Positions 39,502 to 48,853 of a stretch of 64,000 nt of DNA are shown in pieces. Under the pieces are notes generated by a model that had not been told where the DNA came from, ran no database searches, and was given only the letters and a program-made list of their open reading frames with translations. The translations under genes and the position numbers were made by a program. The stretch comes from a virus: IMG/VR virus record IMGVR_UViG_3300008261_003175, one strand, 5' to 3'. Positions within the stretch are counted from its first letter, which is position 1; each line of letters starts with the position of its first letter.

Positions 39502-39696
39502 ATGAAAGTTTTATTACTATTTTTTACTTTATTATTTGCGAATATAGTTTTTCTAGCTATATTATCTCTTGTAGCATGGTGTGGAATAAGTTTAATTTGG
39601 CCGATAATAACATACAAACAGGTATTTGGAGCAGCGTTGTTGGGAGCATTAGCATTTGCAATAGCATCTTCACTTATAACAAAATTACTTAAATGA
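39502..39696 (+). CDS. Small two-TM membrane protein
   Basis: Hydrophobic. Confidence 0.55.
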   Translation: MKVLLLFFTLLFANIVFLAILSLVAWCGISLIWPIITYKQVFGAALLGALAFAIASSLITKLLK

Positions 39697-39878
39697 AAAA
39701 ACAAGAACGATTGCTAGTTATAGCAAATAATAAACACATAGAAAGTAATTTTAAACTTATAGAAGAATTAACAGAATCACTAAAGAGCAATCTTCCAATA
39801 ACTATCGTATTGGATCCAAACGCAGAAGAACCACTCGTAATAAGACAACACACCCTCTACGAAGACACCGAAAACTAA
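39693..39878 (+). CDS. Hypothetical protein
   Basis: Overlap-coupled. Confidence 0.5.
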   Translation: MKKQERLLVIANNKHIESNFKLIEELTESLKSNLPITIVLDPNAEEPLVIRQHTLYEDTEN

Positions 39879-39884
39879 TTAAAT

Positions 39885-39910
39885 ATCCTGACCAAAAATC
39901 AGGATTTTTT
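39885..39910 (+). terminator. Intrinsic terminator
   Basis: ATCCTGA-CCAAAAA-TCAGGAT + T-run. Confidence 0.7.
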
Positions 39911-39940
39911 ATTTGAAATAATAAGCAGTAAATTAGAGTT

Positions 39941-40216
39941 ATGAAACGAATAGAAAGAACAGATTACCACTGGGAAATCCAATACATGGATATAGATCCA
40001 GATTCAGGAGATACTTCAGAAGTGATAACTGTGGCATCCACAAAGTGGATTAGCTACTCTAACGTAATGCTCGATGCATTTATTCTCCATGATGAGAATC
40101 CTAATAGACACTATTTCATAGTTAAGTGTGTTAACCATGCCATAAGAGAAGCTTATATAAAGGGACACGAAGACAGAGAAAAAGACATATTCAATTTAGA
40201 ACAGTTTAAAAAATAG
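39941..40216 (+). CDS. Hypothetical protein
   Basis: AGTTATG start. Confidence 0.6.
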   Translation: MKRIERTDYHWEIQYMDIDPDSGDTSEVITVASTKWISYSNVMLDAFILHDENPNRHYFIVKCVNHAIREAYIKGHEDREKDIFNLEQFKK

Positions 40217-40218
40217 TT

Positions 40219-41388
40219 ATGAATTTAATTGATACAGAATATCAAGACTTACTTTGCTACATCCTAGGTAATGGAGTAGAAAAGAAAGATAGAACAGGAA
40301 CAGGCACACTATCTGTCTTTGGTTGGCAAATTAGACATGACATGAAGGAAGGCTTCCCACTCCTAACAACAAAGAAAATGGCTTGGAAGTCAATCGTAAC
40401 AGAGCTGTTATGGTTTCTACGTGGTGATACAAATATCAAATACCTTGTAGATAATGGATGTCATATTTGGGATGGCGATGCGTATAAGAACTATACAAAA
40501 GAAGTGGATGAAATTATTGATGGATACAAATGTGGTGATATTATGGGAATGCAAGACCACATTGAAAAATTGTTTAGTGATTCTGATAAATTAATACCAT
40601 TAACACAAGAAGAGTTTATCAATCTAATAAAAACAGATGATGAATTTGCGGAAGAGTGGGGAGAGTTAGGTCCTATATACGGTTCACAATGGAGAGGATG
40701 GCACACCAAAACATTAATTAAAACCACATTGAAAGATCCTTTGAGTGGAAATGATACATATGTTGAGGGTAATAAAACGATTGACCAAATTCAAAATCTA
40801 ATTGATGAACTTAAAACCAATCCAGATAGTAGAAGATTAATGGTAAGTGCTTGGAATGTCGGTGAATTAGAAAATATGGTCTTGCCACCATGTCATTATG
40901 GATTTCAAGTTTATACAAGAGAGTTGAGTTTGGAAGAGAGAAGAGATTGGTGTAAAAAACATAATGTGATTTTAGAACACTTAGAAGCTGGATTGGAAAA
41001 CGAAGAAGATAATATGAGAGCTTGCAGAGTACCAACCAGAGCAATCTCTCTAATGTGGAATCAACGCTCAGTAGATACCTTCCTTGGTTTACCATTCAAC
41101 ATAGCAAGTTATGGTTTGTTCTTAGAGATTATAGCTAAGGAAGTGAATATGGTTCCTGATGAACTGATTGGTAATTTAGGTGATGTTCATTTGTATTCAA
41201 ATCACATTGAGCAGGCTAAAGAGCAGATTGGTAGAGAGCCGTTTGAGTTACCTAAGTTAAAAATGAATCCAATATTTTTAGCTAATCTAGAACATAAAGG
41301 ATTAGATGAAGCAATAAATGGACAAGTTAATTTTGAATTAGAAAACTATCAATCACACCCAAGTATTAAAGCACCGTTATCAAATTGA
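40219..41388 (+). CDS. thyA: Thymidylate synthase with in-frame insertions
   Basis: DRTGTGT, FPLLTTKK, ELLWFLRG, GPIYG.QWR, SRR, LPPCH, QRSVDTFLGLPFNIASY (Asn = dUMP specific), HLYSNH. Confidence 0.97.
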   Translation: MNLIDTEYQDLLCYILGNGVEKKDRTGTGTLSVFGWQIRHDMKEGFPLLTTKKMAWKSIVTELLWFLRGDTNIKYLVDNGCHIWDGDAYKNYTKEVDEIIDGYKCGDIMGMQDHIEKLFSDSDKLIPLTQEEFINLIKTDDEFAEEWGELGPIYGSQWRGWHTKTLIKTTLKDPLSGNDTYVEGNKTIDQIQNLIDELKTNPDSRRLMVSAWNVGELENMVLPPCHYGFQVYTRELSLEERRDWCKKHNVILEHLEAGLENEEDNMRACRVPTRAISLMWNQRSVDTFLGLPFNIASYGLFLEIIAKEVNMVPDELIGNLGDVHLYSNHIEQAKEQIGREPFELPKLKMNPIFLANLEHKGLDEAINGQVNFELENYQSHPSIKAPLSN

Positions 41389-41403
41389 TTCATATTTATT
41401 ATT

Positions 41404-42009
41404 ATGATACGATTAATTGATTTATTGCAAGAATTTAAAACTAAAGAGCCATTAGTTTATTTATTTCGTAATCAAGATATACTTGATAATGGTAAATATA
41501 AAAACTTACTCATACATTACATAGAATCCCAACACAATTTAAGTCAAAATGAATTTGCTGATCTGGTTAAATGGTTATTAGATAACAAAAATAATTATTC
41601 AACTTTACTCAAACCAAAATCAGGATACGCTTATCGAGGTACATCAGTTACGTCAGAAATGTATCAAACAATAAAAAATAATTTTATAAATAAAGAAAAA
41701 GGTTTTACTATTATACAAGCGCCGTATGAAAGTGCTAACTTAGCGCAGAGTTGGACGTACGATCGTAATATAGCAATGCGTTTTGCAGATAAGGGATTAT
41801 TCAACAATCCTAGATTAGAAAAAGGCGCTAGACCCGCAATTATTAGAGCGAAAATTGATGATAGTTTTGTTGGAAATCCAACGCTCACCAAACCAATCGC
41901 AGATAGGTTGGGTCTAAAATCTGAGAATGAAATTTTTCATTACGGTAAAAATATAGACAATGCGGAATGGATGATATATTCTGCAGATATCGAATTGAGA
42001 AAATTATAA
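41404..42009 (+). CDS. CTS-like-tagged ADP-ribosyltransferase (R-S-E class)
   Basis: MIRLIDLLQE tag; YAYRG..QSWT...A..FA..SENEI; ATATTTAT 41392. Confidence 0.72.
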   Translation: MIRLIDLLQEFKTKEPLVYLFRNQDILDNGKYKNLLIHYIESQHNLSQNEFADLVKWLLDNKNNYSTLLKPKSGYAYRGTSVTSEMYQTIKNNFINKEKGFTIIQAPYESANLAQSWTYDRNIAMRFADKGLFNNPRLEKGARPAIIRAKIDDSFVGNPTLTKPIADRLGLKSENEIFHYGKNIDNAEWMIYSADIELRKL

Positions 42010-42051
42010 AGCACCACAATGTCATCTAAAAAGAAAAAAAGTCAATAAGAT

Positions 42052-43134
42052 ATGAATATAAAAGTTGCGTTAACGTACGACGACATTCAACTCGTTCCAA
42101 AATACAGCAAAATAACGAGTAGAAAAAATGTAAATCTCTGTACTCTCTTTACAAAGCGCTATGGTATAATCAGACCATTCGTCGCAGCACCGATGGATAC
42201 AGTATGTGAATCTGACATGGCCATTGAAATGATGCGTCAAGGCGGTGTGGGTGTCATACATAGATTTATGACTATTGAACAACAAGTTGAGTATGTAAAG
42301 AAAGCGCACGAATACAAAAACATGTCGATCAATAATGAACAAACAATGTATGAGAATTGGGGAGTTATGTATGACGATTGGCACGCAGAATTCAAAGACA
42401 TACCGGTGTGCGCAGCGGTTGGAGCCAACGGAGATTTTTATGAAAGATCTAAAGCGTTAATCGAAGCGGGAGCAAATGTTATTCTCATAGATGTGGCACA
42501 CGGTCATCACGAAAATGTAAAGTCGGCGATTCAAAAAGTAAAAAGCATTAATTCACGAGTTGATGTTATCGCAGGAAACATTGCAACCGCGGATGCAGCA
42601 GACGATCTTATCGAGTGGGGTGCTGATGCTCTACGTGTGGGTGTGGGTGGAGGATCTCTGTGTACAACGCGTATCAAGACTGGATTTGGTGTGCCTAACG
42701 TAACGTGTTTAAATGAGATTTGCGCTGTGTCAACAATACCTGTTATTGCAGATGGAGGAATCAGAACGAGCGGAGACATCGCAAAGGCCATAGCTCTCGG
42801 AGCAGACACAGTGATGTTGGGATCTATATTAGCCGGAACAGAAGAAGCTCCTGGATCCATCATAGAAAAACCTAATGGCTTATATAAAAGATATAGAGGC
42901 GCTGCATCACTTGAAACTAAGATGACTCATGGACAAGAAGCAAGAAATGTAGAAGGCGAGAGCACAGTTATACCGTACAAAGGCGGAGTTAAGTATATTA
43001 TTGAATCAGTAACAGACGGATTAAGATCGGCGTTCTCATACGCAGGTGCTAAGAGCTTTAGAGAGTATAAACCAGAAATTGTACAAGTGACAGGAGCAGG
43101 TCAAAATGAAGCTAAACCGCACCTAATAAAATAA
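42052..43134 (+). CDS. guaB: IMP dehydrogenase/GMP reductase family enzyme (no CBS pair; possibly GMP reductase)
   Basis: LTYDDIQLVP, APMDTV, DVAHGH, GGSLCTTR, ADGGI, YRGAAS..EG; no RY flap dyad seen. Confidence 0.88.
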   Translation: MNIKVALTYDDIQLVPKYSKITSRKNVNLCTLFTKRYGIIRPFVAAPMDTVCESDMAIEMMRQGGVGVIHRFMTIEQQVEYVKKAHEYKNMSINNEQTMYENWGVMYDDWHAEFKDIPVCAAVGANGDFYERSKALIEAGANVILIDVAHGHHENVKSAIQKVKSINSRVDVIAGNIATADAADDLIEWGADALRVGVGGGSLCTTRIKTGFGVPNVTCLNEICAVSTIPVIADGGIRTSGDIAKAIALGADTVMLGSILAGTEEAPGSIIEKPNGLYKRYRGAASLETKMTHGQEARNVEGESTVIPYKGGVKYIIESVTDGLRSAFSYAGAKSFREYKPEIVQVTGAGQNEAKPHLIK

Positions 43135-43136
43135 CA

Positions 43137-43346
43137 ATGAAATTCATAACGCTAACAAAGACACACGCAGCAGAAATAGCAGTCAATACGATGATGATAG
43201 TTGCTTTGGAACCGACACCAACAGGCACAACAGTGCATGTAATGGGACACTCTTCATTCTCAGTAAAGGAAAGTATAACAGAGATTCAAGACAAGATCAG
43301 AGCATCAGAAGGCTATGCAATAATAAACCACGACCCAAAAAAATAA
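43137..43346 (+). CDS. FlbD-like small beta protein
   Basis: FITLT..VN..I..LE..T.V..F.VKES..EI. Confidence 0.55.
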   Translation: MKFITLTKTHAAEIAVNTMMIVALEPTPTGTTVHVMGHSSFSVKESITEIQDKIRASEGYAIINHDPKK

Positions 43347-43351
43347 ACGTT

Positions 43352-43666
43352 ATGATAGATAAACATTCACAAACCGAAGCGCGCGCGAACGAAAGTGTCC
43401 CGGCCCCAGGCGAGCCCGCAAGCGAGCTACGCCGTGTCCGAAGGGCAAAAAACCACCACGTCAAAGCGCAGAATTGGGAACTAGCGGCCGCATACAGAGA
43501 AGTAGAGAAGCTGTTGCAAGACCGAGAACCGAAATGCGCCAACTGCAAATACCTGTTTAGTGCTATAGGAGCGGGTCAGGGACTGATCTGCGAGTTGAAC
43601 AGGTGTCGCATACCCCACTCGGAACACAGCTGTCAGTACCATTGGTACCAACCAAAAACCAAATAA
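43352..43666 (+). CDS. Hypothetical protein with UVR motif and Cys4 cluster
   Basis: VKAQNWELAAAYRE; CANC..C..C. Confidence 0.55.
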   Translation: MIDKHSQTEARANESVPAPGEPASELRRVRRAKNHHVKAQNWELAAAYREVEKLLQDREPKCANCKYLFSAIGAGQGLICELNRCRIPHSEHSCQYHWYQPKTK

Positions 43667-43677
43667 AAACAAATAAT

Positions 43678-44013
43678 ATGAGCGCAAAGAAAGTAACGCT
43701 AGACAAGATCGAATACGATTTCATGGAGCAGGAACTCAAAGACTTGAGAGCAATAGTCAACAGCAGAACTGTACTTCAGATAGTAGAACCGCGTTGTAGT
43801 TGGCACGTCAGTTTCGCCGCAGCAGACGGCACACGAATCAAATACATACTAGGAACCGATAGTGATGAGCGCACCATAAAAGTGTTGGCAGATCAAATTG
43901 AGTACTTAAACAACAAGTTGGCAAAGGCAGAACAGGATTTGCGTGACAAGTCATACGAGATAAAAAGATTGAACAAACAGACTTGGTATCAAAAACTATT
44001 CAGCAGAAATTAA
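43678..44013 (+). CDS. Coiled-coil hypothetical protein
   Basis: ATG 43678 in A-rich context; WYQKLF tail. Confidence 0.6.
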   Translation: MSAKKVTLDKIEYDFMEQELKDLRAIVNSRTVLQIVEPRCSWHVSFAAADGTRIKYILGTDSDERTIKVLADQIEYLNNKLAKAEQDLRDKSYEIKRLNKQTWYQKLFSRN

Positions 44014-44624
44014 AACATTAAACGTATAATATATGAAATCAGCATTAGCAGAAAAATTAATGAGCATATGCTCACCAGACAAAGATCTATCAAATGATCA
44101 CAATCCAGATAAAATATTTGGCATTGACAACTTAACAGATGAGCAACGTACTCAGGTAGAAGAAGAGTTGATCAAACATTTTGGATTTGAAAGGATTGTG
44201 TGGATGGATTTACCATCAGGCCTAACAGAAGATGGTAATCCTATAGTAGCCGAAACAATTAAAATACACGATACGGACAATCCAGACTATGCAGGTAGAG
44301 TAGGATACATATATAAAGTATTATTTACTCCGCTAGTATACGATCCAAACAGTCTTCATCAACCAATAAAAGATGGTTGTGTAATAACACCAGTGATTTA
44401 TAATCCAATATCATTCTTACCAAAAAGAAGTGTTACGATTGAATGGTCGCCAGAGTTTCCACAAGATATAGATAATCCTGTAACTTGGGAAGATCAAAAG
44501 AAAATGCTACACGATAAATTAGAAACTATATTAGAGAATCCAGACTTATTCTTACCGGAAGGGTATAGAGCATGTTTAGTAAGGTTCGCAGCAGTATAAA
44601 ACATTAAACGTATAATATATGAAA
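44011..44624 (+). repeat. 28-bp perfect direct repeats flanking one gene
   Basis: TAAAACATTAAACGTATAATATATGAAA at 44011-44038 and 44597-44624; partial third copy at 44789. Confidence 0.85.
44033..44599 (+). CDS. Hypothetical protein (cassette between direct repeats)
   Basis: Start and stop lie within the repeats. Confidence 0.7.
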   Translation: MKSALAEKLMSICSPDKDLSNDHNPDKIFGIDNLTDEQRTQVEEELIKHFGFERIVWMDLPSGLTEDGNPIVAETIKIHDTDNPDYAGRVGYIYKVLFTPLVYDPNSLHQPIKDGCVITPVIYNPISFLPKRSVTIEWSPEFPQDIDNPVTWEDQKKMLHDKLETILENPDLFLPEGYRACLVRFAAV

Positions 44625-44807
44625 AGAATACCAACACTAATTGTAAAATGGCTTGCTAATAAATTAGGATATAAAATTGCAATGCTCAAAGCCGCAAAGG
44701 GAACAACAACAATTGAGGGTGATAAAGAATTACTTCGATATGTAGACATAACGGGATATTTCTTTAAAAAAGAACCGCTTAAACGAAATAAAACATTAAA
44801 CGCATAG
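44619..44807 (+). CDS. Hypothetical protein
   Basis: Start lies within the second repeat. Confidence 0.55.
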   Translation: MKRIPTLIVKWLANKLGYKIAMLKAAKGTTTIEGDKELLRYVDITGYFFKKEPLKRNKTLNA

Positions 44808-44808
44808 C

Positions 44809-44991
44809 ATGAAACTAGTAATAAAGACCAGAGACATAGAGCTAGAGTACCAAGACGAGTACGCTATGTTAGAGACTCAAGCCAAGGACAGGATAGAGAG
44901 CCTCTTAAAGACCATATACTCGTCGCAATCGACTTACATCGCCTCTGCTCCGATAGTGGGGACAGTAGAAGAAATATTTAAAAAGAAATAA
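44809..44991 (+). CDS. Hypothetical protein
   Basis: Operon ORF. Confidence 0.55.
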   Translation: MKLVIKTRDIELEYQDEYAMLETQAKDRIESLLKTIYSSQSTYIASAPIVGTVEEIFKKK

Positions 44992-44992
44992 C

Positions 44993-45403
44993 ATGACAGC
45001 GCTACAAGAACTAATAGAGTGGATGCGAGAGCAAAGTAAAGTTATACCATTCAACCAAGAAGATTGCTACGACAAAGCAGTAGCACTACTAACAAAGGAA
45101 AAGCAACAGATAATAGATGCAGCAGAAAGATGGAAAGGAACAGATTTTGCAGAAAAGTATTATGCTGAAACTTATGGAAGTAAGGGAAGTGATGACCATA
45201 TTGTTGACACCAACGAAATGGTATCTTCCCAAACAGAAATATCAGATGAGGATATAGAGAAAGCAGTTAACGAATATGCAAATGTTTATCAATGTCCGTC
45301 TGAAGTAAAAATGTGTAAGCATGATATTATATCTGCTTGGAAATTAGCAATTGAATGGTATAGAGAACAGTTAAAGAAACAAACACAAATAGGACAGGGA
45401 TAA
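44993..45403 (+). CDS. Modular 'TAVEWL/EKQQI/YxETY' family small protein
   Basis: MTALQELIEW..KEKQQIIDA..YYAETYGSKGSD..ISDEDIEK. Confidence 0.65.
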   Translation: MTALQELIEWMREQSKVIPFNQEDCYDKAVALLTKEKQQIIDAAERWKGTDFAEKYYAETYGSKGSDDHIVDTNEMVSSQTEISDEDIEKAVNEYANVYQCPSEVKMCKHDIISAWKLAIEWYREQLKKQTQIGQG

Positions 45404-45439
45404 TAATAATAATAACAGGCAGAATAAATAATAATCCAG

Positions 45440-45637
45440 ATGGACCAGAAACAGCAAACGCAAACAAAGCAGTACAGAATAAGAATCCTAACGCAGTGCG
45501 GATCTACCCAACAGTGGCAAACGGAAACGTTAGACAACGTAAGCTACTTCGGATACGACAAACGCTTCTACATGTTCGTAGCCAACGACAAGAAAGCCTA
45601 CTACCCGATGGACAACACAATAGTAGAAGAACTCTAA
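45440..45637 (+). CDS. Hypothetical protein
   Basis: YYPMDNTIVEEL tail. Confidence 0.55.
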   Translation: MDQKQQTQTKQYRIRILTQCGSTQQWQTETLDNVSYFGYDKRFYMFVANDKKAYYPMDNTIVEEL

Positions 45638-45889
45638 CCACGCTTCATGGCAATCGAACAAAGCCCCACTGGAAACGAATACGCAAAGCAGACAAACGCC
45701 AATCAATACAATCGCAGGGCGAAGCCACCTCTGGTACAGAGCCGTATCTCCACCGCGTCGCACCACGGCACACCCATCACAAATGGCATAAAAATATCTC
45801 CGTATTTATAAGATAACATAGCAAAAGCATCACACCACAGCCATCAGCTCCCAAACAGCACGGTCAAAATAAGCAAAAAACATAATATG

Positions 45890-46021
45890 CAACTGCTTGG
45901 ATCCCAATGGGGATCATATCACCCAAATCCAAGCCTGTCCCTAACTCGTTGGTTGCCAATAAAAACTTTTGAAAATAGTTGCTAAATTATTTTTTTAAGT
46001 CAAAAAGCTGTCGTATATTTA
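45890..46021 (+). promoter_or_regulatory. Repeated early-promoter element, copy D
   Basis: CAACTGCTTGGAT and TAACTCGTTGGTT boxes, TTTTGAAAATAGTTGCTAAA, T-tract, TATATTTA at 46014. Confidence 0.75.
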
Positions 46022-46076
46022 CCTTGTATCAGTCAAACAGCTGCTACCTAGACATCAAAACCAAAAAAATTATAAT

Positions 46077-46376
46077 ATGACACAAAGCACTACTACCAAC
46101 GGTTACACACTAACAACGATGAATTCTACGGACGTTTACAACTACATGAAACGTATGACCCGTATGCATTCTAAGTTTGCTATCAAAGACAACATCGACT
46201 GTTTAGCAGAAGCCCTTATCATTAGTTACGGTGACGATAACGATGTGATCAAAGCAGAGCTTAAGAGCATTCTTATCCGTCCAGGATATATGACAGATAT
46301 GGACTTCAGAGAAATGGAATGCTGTGTTTCAACTCAGATGAGTTTCGTTCCAGATTATGAAGCACACTGCGACTAA
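46077..46376 (+). CDS. Hypothetical early protein
   Basis: First gene after promoter D. Confidence 0.65.
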   Translation: MTQSTTTNGYTLTTMNSTDVYNYMKRMTRMHSKFAIKDNIDCLAEALIISYGDDNDVIKAELKSILIRPGYMTDMDFREMECCVSTQMSFVPDYEAHCD

Positions 46377-46464
46377 GCCGCTCTCCCCACGGGTATATCA
46401 AAATACGGATACCCGCCAGAATGCAACCCAATCTTATTTTACAATACTAAACAAAATAAAAGTT

Positions 46465-47358
46465 ATGAACAACAACATCGTACTTACCGCCCTTCAATCT
46501 CAATTAGAAACTATTAGAACCTCTGCCGTTGAGCACGAGCAGAACGTGTACGAGCCAGCTGTGGCAAAGCTTACGGACAAGATCAAGAAGTATTTCGAGA
46601 CGTACATCGTTGAGGGTCTGCACAACATCATTGTAACGAGCGACTGCATTAGAATCTTCCCCTCTGACATCGAAACTTACGGCAACGATATCACGATCTA
46701 TTACCGTAGCAGCTGGCAGAAAGAGAACGGTTATTTCGAGACCAGCTCTTATCGTCCGGATCTGGACAGCAGAGAGAGCAACGATATCACTATCAAGTAC
46801 TACAAAGCTATGTCTGCAATAGCTTCTGCTTTCACTCTGATCTGCAACGAGTACAAGACCAAGTGGATGCCTGTCTTCGACAAGCTCAAGGCTGCCAAAG
46901 AACAGAAGTACTCAGAGATCTACAGCATCGAGCGTGAGATCAGAAGGGTAGAGAACGAGATCGCTGAGACAGCTAAGCAAGCTTATTGCCAGTCTGGCTT
47001 TGAGTGTACGCTCAAGCCTTACGCTAACTACGAGTCAAACTACGACAACAACGAGACTGCGTATACGAAGAAGTTCACGGAGCACAACATCAGATTGCTA
47101 TACGGTCGTGGCAGATGGGACTATTACTACATCAACAGCTTCAAGGTTATCTCTTTCCCTAAAGCCAAGCACGGTAAAGTAGTATTGGAATACAAACAAG
47201 GCGGTACATCTGACGATAAGAAGCATACTGTTGAGGTGAACAAGACGCGTTACGCTGAGTTCGTTACCGAAGTATATCATTGGCAGACAAGTAGAGCCGA
47301 AGAGAGAGAAGCTGACATCGACGAGAGAATAACTAGATGGAGCAAGGCTGACGCCTAA
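46465..47358 (+). CDS. Hypothetical coiled-coil protein
   Basis: AAAAGTTATG start at 46465 (track start 46357 is too long). Confidence 0.7.
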   Translation: MNNNIVLTALQSQLETIRTSAVEHEQNVYEPAVAKLTDKIKKYFETYIVEGLHNIIVTSDCIRIFPSDIETYGNDITIYYRSSWQKENGYFETSSYRPDLDSRESNDITIKYYKAMSAIASAFTLICNEYKTKWMPVFDKLKAAKEQKYSEIYSIEREIRRVENEIAETAKQAYCQSGFECTLKPYANYESNYDNNETAYTKKFTEHNIRLLYGRGRWDYYYINSFKVISFPKAKHGKVVLEYKQGGTSDDKKHTVEVNKTRYAEFVTEVYHWQTSRAEEREADIDERITRWSKADA

Positions 47359-47467
47359 TATGTAAGAAACCTTATATATAATCCAAGTATATCCGTACTA
47401 CTTGAAACTATTACCACATACTATAACCAGAATCAATTACATTTAACCTAATAAAACAATAAAAGTT

Positions 47468-48292
47468 ATGACAAACAAAGCAACAGCCTTCAAAGCAGGC
47501 AACATCAATTCAATCTCATTAGAAGTAGCAAGACAGAATGCACCAGCCATCTTCGCTACAGAGCCCGCATCGTACATCAATCAGAACAGGTATCACTTTA
47601 CTCCTACATTCGAGATCATCGATATGATGCAGGACATGGGCTACTTGCTTACCGCTGCCAAGCAGAGCAAGACCAAGATACCTCTACGCAGAGACCACGG
47701 AGTGCACATCGTAGAGTTTCAACACCCCGACCTGTACGTTAAAGAGAACGGCAGCAACGAAGTAGAAGCCAGACCCACCATCGTTATGGTTAACAGTTCG
47801 GATGGTAGCAGACCGTTCGACTTTCAAATGGGCATGTTCAGGTTGGTATGCAGCAACGGCTTGATCGTTAAAGACAAGGATCTAGGTGGATTCAAAGAGA
47901 GACACACCAAATACAACTTCGCAGATCTAAAGAGCCTGATCAGTCAGAAGGTAGACAGCTTGCCTAAGACCATAGACAAGATAAATACCTGGAATGGCAT
48001 AGAGATGACGGCTAAAGATAGATTTGCATTCGCTACAGAAGCTCTAGCATTAAGATTATCTAGCGATAGAAAGCCAGAAGAGTACGAGATCAGAGACATC
48101 CTATCTCCAAAAAGATCTGCTGACAAACACAACAACCTTTGGTGCACCTACAACGTAGTACAGGAGAACCTGATCAAAGGCGGCTTCCAATTGAACGAGA
48201 GACAGGCTAGGCCTATCACCAACCCTTGGCAGGACTTGGAATTGAACAAAGGCCTATGGGCTCTAGCTGAGAAGTTCGAGACGGCTAAGTAG
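47468..48292 (+). CDS. DUF932/DUF945 (YafZ/YubP-like) protein
   Basis: APAIFA..RY.F.PT..NSSDGS..F.F..GMFRLVCSNGL..RH..NLW..YNVVQEN.IKGG..LNKGLW.LA. Confidence 0.88.
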   Translation: MTNKATAFKAGNINSISLEVARQNAPAIFATEPASYINQNRYHFTPTFEIIDMMQDMGYLLTAAKQSKTKIPLRRDHGVHIVEFQHPDLYVKENGSNEVEARPTIVMVNSSDGSRPFDFQMGMFRLVCSNGLIVKDKDLGGFKERHTKYNFADLKSLISQKVDSLPKTIDKINTWNGIEMTAKDRFAFATEALALRLSSDRKPEEYEIRDILSPKRSADKHNNLWCTYNVVQENLIKGGFQLNERQARPITNPWQDLELNKGLWALAEKFETAK

Positions 48293-48400
48293 TATTAGTG
48301 GCTAGCTAGCGTGGAATTGCACTGCGCTAGCACCCTACTAGCACGGCGCCAAAGCACTAATATTCGGAGACAGCGCTTTGCTAGCGGTAGGGGGCCCGTT
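48291..48400 (+). other. GC-rich, highly self-complementary intergenic element (candidate ncRNA or DNA site)
   Basis: Stems 48291-300/48355-64, 48305-11/48325-31, 48333-49/48373-92; repeated GCTAGC. Confidence 0.55.
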
Positions 48401-48461
48401 GATCCGTCCCACACACAGGGAAATTTTCAAACTTAGTCAAAAAAATATTTACATAAATACA

Positions 48462-48701
48462 ATGATTGATATGAAAAAACTAATGGCAATCTGTGTGCTC
48501 GCTTTGGTCGGCTGTTACAACGATCCGCAGTCCACGAACATGGAAGGCAACGGCGTAAAAGTAGAGCTGCTGTTCGTCAAAGACAGCATCAGGGTCTATC
48601 GCTTCTCGGACGGAGAGCGCTATCACTACTTCACAGATCGATTGGAGACGATCAGCACAGCGAACGAAGGCAAGACACAAATAGACGAAAACATAAAATA
48701 A
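48462..48701 (+). CDS. Small lipoprotein (DUF4884-like)
   Basis: LALVGC lipobox; VELLF..D..RVYRF.D..YHYFT. Confidence 0.7.
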   Translation: MIDMKKLMAICVLALVGCYNDPQSTNMEGNGVKVELLFVKDSIRVYRFSDGERYHYFTDRLETISTANEGKTQIDENIK

Positions 48702-48853
48702 AACAGCAATCAGCATGACAAACTACAAAATCGTATACGTGGCCTATACATGGACGGTTGTAGACGTTGCAACCAATGAGGGTATTGTTTGCTTCCCAAC
48801 TCAAATAGCAGCAGTTAATTGGATAGAAAAACAATCAAATAAAAAAATAAGTT

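Noticed and set aside
40219-41388. Intron or intein in thyA, or a hydroxymethylase variant
   Set aside because: The insertions are short and in frame with no splicing motifs; the PFN Asn and folate-binding motifs are canonical.
45401-45415. (TAA)5 microsatellite after a stop codon
   Set aside because: Low-complexity slippage with no evident function.
45496-45816. + strand ORFs across the A/C-rich gap, and similar alternative-frame ORFs (47000, 49260, 56468, 59127)
   Set aside because: Probably open by chance in T-poor DNA, or overlapping better-supported genes; no AAGTTATG-type start.
23400-47445. TACTTGAAA upstream of TACATTTA as a third promoter class (23400, 47399)
   Set aside because: Only two clear copies, with inconsistent spacing (33 versus 39 bp).
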